Positions 36,051-43,681 of a stretch of DNA of 64,000 nt are shown one piece after another; position 1 is the stretch's first letter; the number at the start of each line of letters is the position of its first letter. A program made the position numbers and the translations under genes. Origin of the DNA: Chloroflexota bacterium (GTDB lineage: Bacteria > Chloroflexota > UBA5177 > JANWHV01); the NCBI GenBank assembly GCA_035534995.1, contig DATLQX010000141.1, positions 11,424 through 75,423 on the forward strand, in the 5' to 3' direction. Under the pieces are notes generated by a model. The model was not told the origin of the DNA. It made no database searches and was given only the letters and a program-made list of their open reading frames with translations.

Positions 36051-38264
36051 TTATTCCAGCCACCAGGACTGGAGGCAGGTAGCACGGGGGACCATCCCCG
36101 TATCGGCGAGCGTGTCACCGCCATGTCGGCACACGCTCAAGGTGGAGACCCGGCCCGACGGCGCCTGGAGCACGGCCGCCGAGGAGCTTTCATATAACGG
36201 ATTTTCTCCCATACGGTACGCGGAGGTAGCGGCCCCTTCGAGAAGCCAGGCGCTCACCACCGGCGCGCCCATCGCCAGATCGGCGCCAAACGGACCCGCC
36301 ACGCCATCATTGGCATACAGCTCCGTCCTATAGCCGACTACCGCATGGAGGCCGCCAAAGACAGGCAGCCAATCGCGGTACGGCGCCGTCGTATCCTCGG
36401 GCGAGGCGATCAGGGACGGGGTGCGCGCCACCCAAAACGCCAGTCCGGCTTGCTTCCCTCTCGCGCCGCCCAATGCGCCCAGACTGGCGACGTTCACAGC
36501 CCCGCCGGTATAGCGGTCAGTGATAAAGTGCCCCTGGCCACCCGGTGCCTCCGATTCCAGGACTCGCGCGGTGTTCGCGTAGGCGGCAAAGTTCCGGGCG
36601 GTGGTGAAGGCGGCCGGGGTGGAGGAGGGTCCGATCCTTCCGGGCGCTCCCGCCAGGCCCTGAAGTCTGGGCCAGAAGGACAGGACTCCCTGCTGGAAGG
36701 CCAGGGAGTCCTGGTGCCAGGCCGGCATCGGTCCCTGGACCACGAACCGCGCGATCCCATCACTGTCTAGATCAGCCGGGCCGGCGGAGCGACTGCTCGC
36801 GGCGATGGTTGGTCCCAGGGTAGGCAGTGGTTCCGGCTCGCGGGCCGCCACCGGCTCATAGCCGATGACGTGATCGACGGCCACGCCGCCCGCGTGAACG
36901 GAGGCGGTGAAGCGATAGGCCGGTTCGAGATAGGATTGGTTTCCGTCGTAATAGGTGAGAGCGATGCTGTCGAGCGTGACCGGTAGGCCGGCGCCGACCG
37001 TCGCCAGTTGGGCCTGGATCGATCCGAGCACATCGCCGGCTGGGCGCGGCGTCAAGAGGAATCCCGCGAGCACGGCGGTACGCCAGCTACGGATATAGCC
37101 TTGGAGGGAACCATCAGGCCCGAGCACGAGTGCCGCCCGCGATCCCGGGCCGTAGACGGGGAAGACTCCTACCCTCCGAGCCACCGGGAAGAAGATCAGT
37201 CTGGTGCTCCTGGTTCCGGGCCGCTGGCCCGACGCCAAGGTGCCGGCAAACAGCGGCTGCGCCAACAGGCTCTTGGTCGCGTCACGAGGAATCAGGGCGC
37301 TGGTGCCCAGAACGGCTTGAGCCGCTTGCGTTAGCCGCTCGATCGGGGCCATGGTTGGACCAGCAGCCGGGAGGACGGGAAAGACGGCGCTATCGCCGGT
37401 TTCCCAGTCGGCATACGCTACTAAGCGCGTTCCATCGTACCCGGCAACGATGTGCGTTCCGTGCTGGTCCGGGATAGTCATGATCCTTGCGCGCGGTGAC
37501 AGCCGATCGAGCTGGCCGAGCATAAAGTTGAGTGGCGGCGCCGTGCGGACGAGGCGATAGATAGGCAAGGGACCGCCGATCGCGCGGAAGGTGGGTGGCA
37601 CGCTGGGGACGGGAGTCGCCGTCGCTACTGCCGTGGAAGAGGCGATGGGAGAGGCGAGCGAGGCTACCGTGCTGGTGGCGGATGCCGGGACGGTTGGGGT
37701 GGCTGTAATGGTAGGGGTAGGGGTATCGGTATCGGTATCAGTGGGGGTCAGGGTAACGGTCGCGGTCACGGCGATCGTTTCGGTAACGGTAGGGGTAGCG
37801 GTCGCGGCAACGACTACGGTGAAGGGCGCCGAGGGACTGAGATCGCCCACGCGCACGATAAAGAGGTGTTGCGGTCCTGGCAGGGCGCCGGCCGGCACCT
37901 GCTCGGTCACGGAAGCCCCCGTGCAGTCGGCGCCGAAGCCGAGGGTGGGCGCGGCTCCTGGGACGCCGGTGCAGGCTGCCAGCTTCTGGGTATCGATCGG
38001 CGAACCAGTGTCAAAGACGATGGCGGCGGTCAGGCCCTGCTGCCCAAGGGTCGGGTCGAACCCGACGGCGCTTAGGGACACGGAACTGCCCGGAAGGCCG
38101 GATTGTGGCTGCACGGTGATGGTGGGGCCCGCCGCCGCGTGGACGACAAGCGGCACGCCGCCGCGGTTCATGGCATCCGGTGCCCCCAAGGACGCCAATA
38201 GCAAGGCCAGCGAGGCAGTGAGGAGGCCGCGAATGTGCGTGCGCCGAAGCCCCATATTCCTCAA
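36051..38264 (-). CDS. Large secreted protein of unknown function (signal peptide, Ig-like N-domain, Thr/Pro/Asp linker, approx 500-aa unassigned region)
   Basis: 737-aa ORF. AAGGAGG lies upstream of the TTG/ATG start. LLTASLALLLASLGAP signal. Linker ATATPTVTETIAVTATVTLTPTDTDTDTPTPTITATPT. I recognise no family for the remainder. Confidence 0.7.
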   Translation of the reverse strand: MRNMGLRRTHIRGLLTASLALLLASLGAPDAMNRGGVPLVVHAAAGPTITVQPQSGLPGSSVSLSAVGFDPTLGQQGLTAAIVFDTGSPIDTQKLAACTGVPGAAPTLGFGADCTGASVTEQVPAGALPGPQHLFIVRVGDLSPSAPFTVVVAATATPTVTETIAVTATVTLTPTDTDTDTPTPTITATPTVPASATSTVASLASPIASSTAVATATPVPSVPPTFRAIGGPLPIYRLVRTAPPLNFMLGQLDRLSPRARIMTIPDQHGTHIVAGYDGTRLVAYADWETGDSAVFPVLPAAGPTMAPIERLTQAAQAVLGTSALIPRDATKSLLAQPLFAGTLASGQRPGTRSTRLIFFPVARRVGVFPVYGPGSRAALVLGPDGSLQGYIRSWRTAVLAGFLLTPRPAGDVLGSIQAQLATVGAGLPVTLDSIALTYYDGNQSYLEPAYRFTASVHAGGVAVDHVIGYEPVAAREPEPLPTLGPTIAASSRSAGPADLDSDGIARFVVQGPMPAWHQDSLAFQQGVLSFWPRLQGLAGAPGRIGPSSTPAAFTTARNFAAYANTARVLESEAPGGQGHFITDRYTGGAVNVASLGALGGARGKQAGLAFWVARTPSLIASPEDTTAPYRDWLPVFGGLHAVVGYRTELYANDGVAGPFGADLAMGAPVVSAWLLEGAATSAYRMGENPLYESSSAAVLQAPSGRVSTLSVCRHGGDTLADTGMVPRATCLQSWWLE

Positions 38265-38267
38265 AAT

Positions 38268-38296
38268 TGACCTCCTTGGTGTGGTAGAGTATAGAG
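38268..38296 (+). promoter_or_regulatory. Putative sigma70-type promoter of hcp (TTGACC, 17 nt, TATAGA)
   Basis: aaaaTTGACCtccttggtgtggtagagTATAGAgc. The -35 overlaps the SD (AAGGAGG on the minus strand) of the divergent 737-aa gene. A TATACT on the opposite strand overlaps the -10. Confidence 0.45.
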
Positions 38297-38388
38297 CATC
38301 CCGAAGCGAATAGGGATGTCACTACTCAATGATCGCGGCAGAATTCACTCCGGTTTGGGGTGGTGGATCGACCGAAGGAGGCAATAGG

Positions 38389-38868
38389 GTGGCATTCAAT
38401 GCCTATATCATCTTTGAAGGCGAAAAGCAAGGAAAGTTCAAGGGAGATTCGACCCTTGCCGCCCCGGCAGGCTCTTCTCGGCTGTTAGCGTACACGTACG
38501 AGGTGACCTCCCCGCGTGATATCGCCTCCGGTTTGCCCACCGGCAAGCGCATGCATAAGCCTTTCGTCATCCTCAAGGAGTGGGATGCCTCGTCCCCGCA
38601 AATGCTCCAGGCATGCGTCGCCAACGAAGTCCTGCGGGTAGTGACTCTTGCGTTTCATCGAACTACATCTTCTGGTGAGCAACAACTCTACCATACAGTC
38701 ACGCTCAGCAACGCCACCATCTCCAACTTGAAACAGTATGTCGCGGATCCAGTCCTCGCGGCGGAATACGACGCGGCTGATCTGGAGGAGGTTTCATTTA
38801 CCTACCAAAAGATCACGATCTCCTACACGCAAGGCAATAAGTCGGCGGTAGACGACTGGGAAGCCTAG
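38389..38868 (+). CDS. hcp: Hcp (TssD) family type VI secretion tube protein homologue, orphan
   Basis: GTG at 38389 with GAAGGAGG 6 nt upstream, giving 159 aa. VAFNAYIIFEGEKQGKFKGDS...YEVTSPRDIASGLPTGKRMHKPFVILKEWDASSPQMLQA...GEQQLYHTVTLSNATISNLKQY...EVSFTYQKITISYTQGNKSAVDDWEA parallels Pseudomonas Hcp2/3-type blocks (PRDPQSGQPTGQRVHKP..., FTYRKITW..., SDDW) as recalled. Confidence 0.85.
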   Translation: MAFNAYIIFEGEKQGKFKGDSTLAAPAGSSRLLAYTYEVTSPRDIASGLPTGKRMHKPFVILKEWDASSPQMLQACVANEVLRVVTLAFHRTTSSGEQQLYHTVTLSNATISNLKQYVADPVLAAEYDAADLEEVSFTYQKITISYTQGNKSAVDDWEA

Positions 38869-38876
38869 CAGGCTGG

Positions 38877-39719
38877 TCAGTCGCTTTTAGCGCCACGGGG
38901 GGTCACGGCCCGCAGGTCCTCCTCAATCCGGCGAACGGCGGCCAGCAGGTACGGGAGCAGTTCCTCGCGTAAGAACTCCGGCCCGCCTCGACGGGTCGGA
39001 GCCGAGACGTTGACGGCCGCGATTACCTTGCCATGGAGATCATGGATGGGGACGGCGATCGCCCTCAGTCCCTCCTCAAGCTCCTCGTCCACCATGGCCC
39101 ACCCCTGCCGGCGTACCTGGAGAATCTCCGCCCGCAGTTTTGCCGGATCGGTGATCGTCCATTGGGTCAGCGGTAACAACCGCACGGACGCGAGATAGCC
39201 TTCCAGCCACTCATCGCCCTGGCCGGCGAGCAGGGCCCGGCCCATGGAGGTGGCGTAGGCGGGAAACCGGGTGCCCACCCCAATGACTACGGTCATGATC
39301 CTGCGGGTGGGAACCCGCGCGACGTAGACCACCTCGTCATCAGCGAGCACGGACACGGAGGAGGACTCATGGACGGTGGCGACCAGGGCTTCCAGGTGCG
39401 GCGTGGCCACCTCGGAAAGTCCGAGGCTGGAGAGATAAGCAAACCCCAATTCAAGGATACGCGGACGTAAGGCGAACAGTCGCCCGGCCTGGCTTACGTA
39501 TCCCAGCTCAACCAGCGTATGAAGAAAGCGGCGCGCGGCGGCGCGGGTCAGCGAAGTGGCTCGGGCCACTTCACTGAGGGTCAACTCAGGATGCTCGGCG
39601 CTGAAGGCTCGGATCACCGCCAATCCCCGTTCGAGAGATTGCACGAAGTCCGCGCTGCCCGGTGAACGCCCGTCCGTCAGAGTATCTTTATCGGGATCGC
39701 GTTCTAAATCCAGCACCAC
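38877..39719 (-). CDS. IclR family transcriptional regulator (PcaR/PobR-like by context)
   Basis: HTH SLERGLAVIRAFSAEHPELTLSEVARATSLTRAAARRFLHTLVELGYV plus the IclR effector domain. Divergent from the pca operon. Confidence 0.88.
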   Translation of the reverse strand: MVLDLERDPDKDTLTDGRSPGSADFVQSLERGLAVIRAFSAEHPELTLSEVARATSLTRAAARRFLHTLVELGYVSQAGRLFALRPRILELGFAYLSSLGLSEVATPHLEALVATVHESSSVSVLADDEVVYVARVPTRRIMTVVIGVGTRFPAYATSMGRALLAGQGDEWLEGYLASVRLLPLTQWTITDPAKLRAEILQVRRQGWAMVDEELEEGLRAIAVPIHDLHGKVIAAVNVSAPTRRGGPEFLREELLPYLLAAVRRIEEDLRAVTPRGAKSD

Positions 39720-39804
39720 GGGGCCTCCTCAAACGGGCGACGTTCCCAGCAAGCACTCGTTCGCGCTACCGCGCGACTGCCGAACGTACGTCCTTGATGC
39801 GAAC

Positions 39805-39833
39805 ACTATCCCATCCCGCGCTATCTCGGTCAA
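39805..39833 (-). promoter_or_regulatory. Putative promoter of the iclR-family gene (TTGACC, 17 nt, GATAGT)
   Basis: Reverse strand: gggaTTGACCgagatagcgcgggatggGATAGTgttcgc. Confidence 0.4.
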
Positions 39834-39859
39834 TCCCTTGGGCTGCCGTCGCCGAGCAG

Positions 39860-39888
39860 TTGACGCCCGTCCCGCGCTGTGCTATAAA
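39860..39888 (+). promoter_or_regulatory. Putative promoter of the pca/ABC operon (TTGACG, 17 nt, TATAAA)
   Basis: cagTTGACGcccgtcccgcgctgtgcTATAAAcgg, 67 nt upstream of the ATG at 39955. Confidence 0.5.
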
Positions 39889-39900
39889 CGGTCTATCCAT

Positions 39901-39934
39901 GTTCAGGGAAAGAACATGCGTTCGTATACCGAAC
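39901..39934. promoter_or_regulatory. Two tandem GTTC-N7-GAAC palindromic operators (candidate IclR/PcaR sites)
   Basis: atGTTCagggaaaGAACatgcGTTCgtataccGAACaag. O1 is at 39901-39915 and O2 at 39920-39934, between the predicted -10 and the SD. Confidence 0.5.
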
Positions 39935-39954
39935 AAGTGTAGGGAGGCGCGGCG

Positions 39955-41325
39955 ATGGCGGCTCAGGACGAGGCAGACAGGCGCGATATTCCAGCACACG
40001 GCGAAACCGATGGGAAGTCGGGGGCGCGTGGACCGAGCAGGCGCCAGGTACTCCAGGCGGCCGCGGTCAGCGGGGCGGCATTGGCCGGTACCACGATCCT
40101 TGAGGGCACGTCTTCGGTTCGGGCCAGCGCCCGCTCCCGTGCCTCGGGGACGATCAAGATTGGTTTTGTCAGCCCCCGCACAGGCCCGGCGGCGGGATTC
40201 GGCGAGCCTGATGGCTACGTGCTTGGGCTGGCCAAAAAGGCGTTCGCCCGCGGTCTGACCATCGCCGGCAGTCACTACAGCGTGGAGATCATTGACAAGG
40301 ATAGCCAGTCGGGGCCGCGGAGCGCCCAGGTCGCGAACGACCTAATCAACGGCGATCAGGTTGATCTCCTGCTGACCACCTCCGCGCCGGAGACCGTCAA
40401 TCCCGTCTCCGATGCGGCCGAGGCTTCGGGCGTACCTTGCGTGTCCACGGTAGTCCCCTGGGAATCCTGGTACTTTGGGCGCCAGGCCAATCCAGCCAAG
40501 CCGGTCCCGTTCAAGTTCACCTATCACTTCTGCTTTGGCGTGGCCCAGTTCGCGGATGCCTATACCCACCTCTGGCCCGAGGTGGCGACCAATCGGAAGG
40601 TTGGAGTCATGTGGCCGAACGACGCTGACGGCAACGCGATTCGGGCGAACCTGGGACCGGCCCTGAAGAAGGCAGGCTACACCATTGTTGACCCCGGCGC
40701 CTATACCGACGGCACGAACGACTATTCCTCGCAAATCTCGAAGTTCAAGTCCGAGAACTGCCAGATCTTCAATACGTTTCCCATTCCTCCCGACTTCGCC
40801 ACGTTCTGGCGGCAGGCCGCGCAACAGGGCTATAAGCCCAAGATCGCCCAGATCGCCAAGACCGGGCTCTTCCCCTCGCAAGTGGATTCTCTCGGCTCGA
40901 TTGGCGCCAACCTGGCCAGCGCCGTCTATTGGGGACCGACCTGGCCCTACCGGTCTTCCCTGACCGGCGTAACCTCGAAGGATCTGGCCTCCGGCTACGA
41001 ACATTCCGCCGGCAAGCAATGGAATCAGCAGCTTGGCGCCAGCCTTGCCCTGTTCGATGTCGCCGCCGCTGTCCTCGTGGCGAGCGGCAACCCCAAAAAT
41101 AAGGCAAAAGTCGCCGCCGCCATGGCGCGCCTCTCCGTGGATACCCCGCTCGGTCATCTCGCCTGGGGCAAAGGCCCGCTGCCTCCGAACGTGGTCGCCA
41201 CTCCGATCATTGGCGGCCAATGGCGGGCGGTGAAAGGCAGCAAATACCAACTGGACTTCGTCATCTGTGAACATGCTTCCGATCCGCGAGTTCCCATCGC
41301 CTCTAAACTGACCCCCTATAGCTAG
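39955..41325 (+). CDS. ABC transporter substrate-binding protein (Peripla_BP_6 / LivK-like; probable aromatic-acid binding by context) with a TAT-type signal
   Basis: SRRQVLQAAAVSGAALAG twin-arginine motif. IKIGFVSPRTGPAAGFGEPDGYVL. GGGAGG SD. Confidence 0.85.
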   Translation: MAAQDEADRRDIPAHGETDGKSGARGPSRRQVLQAAAVSGAALAGTTILEGTSSVRASARSRASGTIKIGFVSPRTGPAAGFGEPDGYVLGLAKKAFARGLTIAGSHYSVEIIDKDSQSGPRSAQVANDLINGDQVDLLLTTSAPETVNPVSDAAEASGVPCVSTVVPWESWYFGRQANPAKPVPFKFTYHFCFGVAQFADAYTHLWPEVATNRKVGVMWPNDADGNAIRANLGPALKKAGYTIVDPGAYTDGTNDYSSQISKFKSENCQIFNTFPIPPDFATFWRQAAQQGYKPKIAQIAKTGLFPSQVDSLGSIGANLASAVYWGPTWPYRSSLTGVTSKDLASGYEHSAGKQWNQQLGASLALFDVAAAVLVASGNPKNKAKVAAAMARLSVDTPLGHLAWGKGPLPPNVVATPIIGGQWRAVKGSKYQLDFVICEHASDPRVPIASKLTPYS

Positions 41326-41331
41326 CCAAGG

Positions 41332-42081
41332 TTGTACCAGGGTAATGACGAGAGGCCGATAGCGGTGACCACCCCACTGTTGGAAGCAGCCGGCGTGGGC
41401 CGGCGCTTCGGCGCTCTGGTCGTGCTCGACGGGGTCGATTTTAGCCTTGGAGCCGGCGAGGCGGTCGGGATCGTCGGCCCCAATGGGGCTGGGAAGACCA
41501 CGCTGCTGAATATACTGGCCGGAGCGCTCCGCCCGACCACGGGCAGGGTTCGACTGCGGGGCTCGGACATCACCAACCTGCGGGTGGATCGCTGCTGCCG
41601 GTTGGGCATTGCCCGAACCCATCAAGTGCCGCGCCCCTTTGGCGGCATGACCGTTTTTGAAAACGTTCTGGTCGGCGCCACACTTCGTGGTCCCGCCGCC
41701 TATACCCATGGAAGTGAGGTGCTCGAACTCTGCGGGCTGATCGAGTTGGCGAATCGCCGGGCCGACAGTCTCGGCCTGCTCGATCGAAAGCGGCTGGAAC
41801 TGGCGCGCGCCCTCTCCACCAGTCCCGCGGTATTGCTTCTGGATGAGATTGGCGGCGGCCTCACCGACGCCGAGGCAGCGGACCTGCTGCTGACCATTCG
41901 GGAGGTGCGGCGGCGGGACATCGCCATCGTCTGGATCGAACATATCGTCCATATCCTGATGCAGGGGGTGGACCGCTTGGTCTGCCTTGACGTGGGGCGG
42001 GTGATCGCGGACGGGCCACCCGAAGCGGTGCTGGAAAACGCCGCCGTGATCGACGCCTATCTGGGAGGTAGTCACCCTTGA
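41332..42081 (+). CDS. ABC transporter ATP-binding protein (LivG-like)
   Basis: Walker A GPNGAGKTT, LELARAL...LLLDEIGGGL. An alternative GTG start at 41365 follows GAGAGG. Confidence 0.9.
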   Translation: MYQGNDERPIAVTTPLLEAAGVGRRFGALVVLDGVDFSLGAGEAVGIVGPNGAGKTTLLNILAGALRPTTGRVRLRGSDITNLRVDRCCRLGIARTHQVPRPFGGMTVFENVLVGATLRGPAAYTHGSEVLELCGLIELANRRADSLGLLDRKRLELARALSTSPAVLLLDEIGGGLTDAEAADLLLTIREVRRRDIAIVWIEHIVHILMQGVDRLVCLDVGRVIADGPPEAVLENAAVIDAYLGGSHP

Positions 42082-42803
42082 GCCTGCTTGAGGTGGAATC
42101 CCTTGACGCCCGCCATGGTCTGCTGCACGCCGTTCGTGGCCTGTCGCTTTCGGTGGCGGAGGGAGAAACGGTGGCCCTGGTTGGGGCGAACGGGGCGGGA
42201 AAAACCACCCTCCTGCGGTGCATCGCGGGCGCGCATCGCCCGGCGTCCGGCCGGATCATCTTTGACGGTAGTGATATTACGGCGGTTCCCGCCCATAAGC
42301 GGGTACGCCTGGGGATCGCCCTGGTTCCCGAAGGCAGGCGCCTATTTCCTGGGTTGACCGTGGAGGAAAACCTGCTTACCGCCGGGGCGCGGGGCAGGCC
42401 CGGCCCCTGGACCGTTGCTCGGGTATTGGAGGCATTCCCCCTCCTGGCTCCTCTACGCAAGCGACCGGCGGCGACCTTGTCCGGGGGACAGCAACAGGCG
42501 GCGGCGATCGGGAGGGCCTTGATGAGCAATCCGCGCCTCTTGCTCCTGGATGAGGTGTCGCTGGGCCTTGCCCCGATCGTGGTGGACGAAGTGTATGCAT
42601 CCTTGCGGTCGCTCATCGAAACTGGAGCCACCCTCCTCCTGGTCGAGCAGGACCTGGCGCGGGCGATGCGGGTGGCGGCGCGAGTGGTGTGCATGCTTGA
42701 GGGACGGGTCGTGCTTGAGGGAGCGTCGGGCGAGCTGACGCGCGAGCGGATAACCGCCGCCTACTTTGGTCTGAGCCGGGTGGCCGGGTCGGAGCGCCGC
42801 TGA
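42078..42803 (+). CDS. ABC transporter ATP-binding protein (LivF-like)
   Basis: Walker A GANGAGKTT, signature LSGGQQQ, Walker B LLLLDEVSLGL. The TTG start overlaps the previous stop (TTGA). Confidence 0.9.
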   Translation: MSLLEVESLDARHGLLHAVRGLSLSVAEGETVALVGANGAGKTTLLRCIAGAHRPASGRIIFDGSDITAVPAHKRVRLGIALVPEGRRLFPGLTVEENLLTAGARGRPGPWTVARVLEAFPLLAPLRKRPAATLSGGQQQAAAIGRALMSNPRLLLLDEVSLGLAPIVVDEVYASLRSLIETGATLLLVEQDLARAMRVAARVVCMLEGRVVLEGASGELTRERITAAYFGLSRVAGSERR

Positions 42804-43681
42804 TGGACTGGGTCAATGCCATCATTCAGGGGATCCTGCTTGGCGGTCTCTACGCGCTCCTCGCCTGTGGCCTCTCGCTGACTTTTGGTGTCATGCGGAT
42901 CATCAATCTTGCCCACGGCGACATCGCAATTCTTGGGGCCTATTTGGTCTGGGAAGTGGTTGATCGTACCACCATGTCTCCCTTTCTGGCCGCGCTGATC
43001 GTGCTGCCAGGCATGTTTGTCCTCGGCTACCTGCTCCAGATCCTCCTCCTGGAGCGGAGCCTGCGGGCCGGCCCGCTCGTGCCGCTCTTGACCACCTTTG
43101 GCCTGGCGATCGTGATCCAGAATCTGCTCTTGCAAGTGTTTTCACCCGACGTACAGTCTCTCGGAGGCAACGCGGGAATGATTACCACCGCCAGTTGGCG
43201 GATTACCGATCAGCTCTCAATCCCAGGACTGGGTGTCTTGATCCTGGTGGTGGCGGTTGTTACGCTCGGTGCCTTGCAGCTCATCTTGACCCGGACCCAA
43301 CTTGGCCGAGAAATGCGGGCCACGGCCGAGGATCCCGATACCGCGCGCCTGGTCGGGATCGACGCGCGCGCCGTGTATGCCCGCGCCACGGCGATCGCCG
43401 TGGCGACCGCCGGCCTGGCCGGTTTGTTCCTGGCCATCCGTTCGACCTTCGATCCCTCCAGCGGCCCCACCCAACTGATTTTCGCCTTTGAGGCGGTGGT
43501 GATCGGCGGGTTTGGATCGCTCTGGGGAACCCTGCTTGGCGGCATTGTCCTGGGGGTCGCCCAGGCAATCGGCGAACAGATCGACCCCCAATACTCGATT
43601 CTCGCGGGCCATCTGGTCTTCCTTGCCGTCCTGGCCTCGGGGCGGGGCAGTCTCCTGGTTGCCAGGGGAGCGTGGACGTGA
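42803..43681 (+). CDS. Branched-chain-type ABC transporter permease (LivH-like)
   Basis: MDWVNAIIQGILLGGLYALLACGLSLTFGVMRIINLAHGD hallmark. The start overlaps the previous stop (TGATG). Confidence 0.9.
   Translation: MDWVNAIIQGILLGGLYALLACGLSLTFGVMRIINLAHGDIAILGAYLVWEVVDRTTMSPFLAALIVLPGMFVLGYLLQILLLERSLRAGPLVPLLTTFGLAIVIQNLLLQVFSPDVQSLGGNAGMITTASWRITDQLSIPGLGVLILVVAVVTLGALQLILTRTQLGREMRATAEDPDTARLVGIDARAVYARATAIAVATAGLAGLFLAIRSTFDPSSGPTQLIFAFEAVVIGGFGSLWGTLLGGIVLGVAQAIGEQIDPQYSILAGHLVFLAVLASGRGSLLVARGAWT

Noticed and set aside
37640-37810. Repetitive DNA (ggtatcggtatcggtatc and related ACC/GCC-rich periodicity), considered as a possible CRISPR or tandem-repeat locus. A similar tract lies at 33960-34080.
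   Set aside because: It lies in frame inside long ORFs and encodes Thr/Pro/Asp/Ala interdomain linkers. There is no repeat-spacer architecture.
38329-38388. ATG at 38329 as the hcp start, which would give a 20-aa N-terminal extension (MIAAEFTPVWGGGSTEGGNR).
   Set aside because: There is no SD upstream of 38329. The GTG at 38389 has GAAGGAGG 6 nt upstream and yields the canonical Hcp N-terminus and length (about 160 aa).
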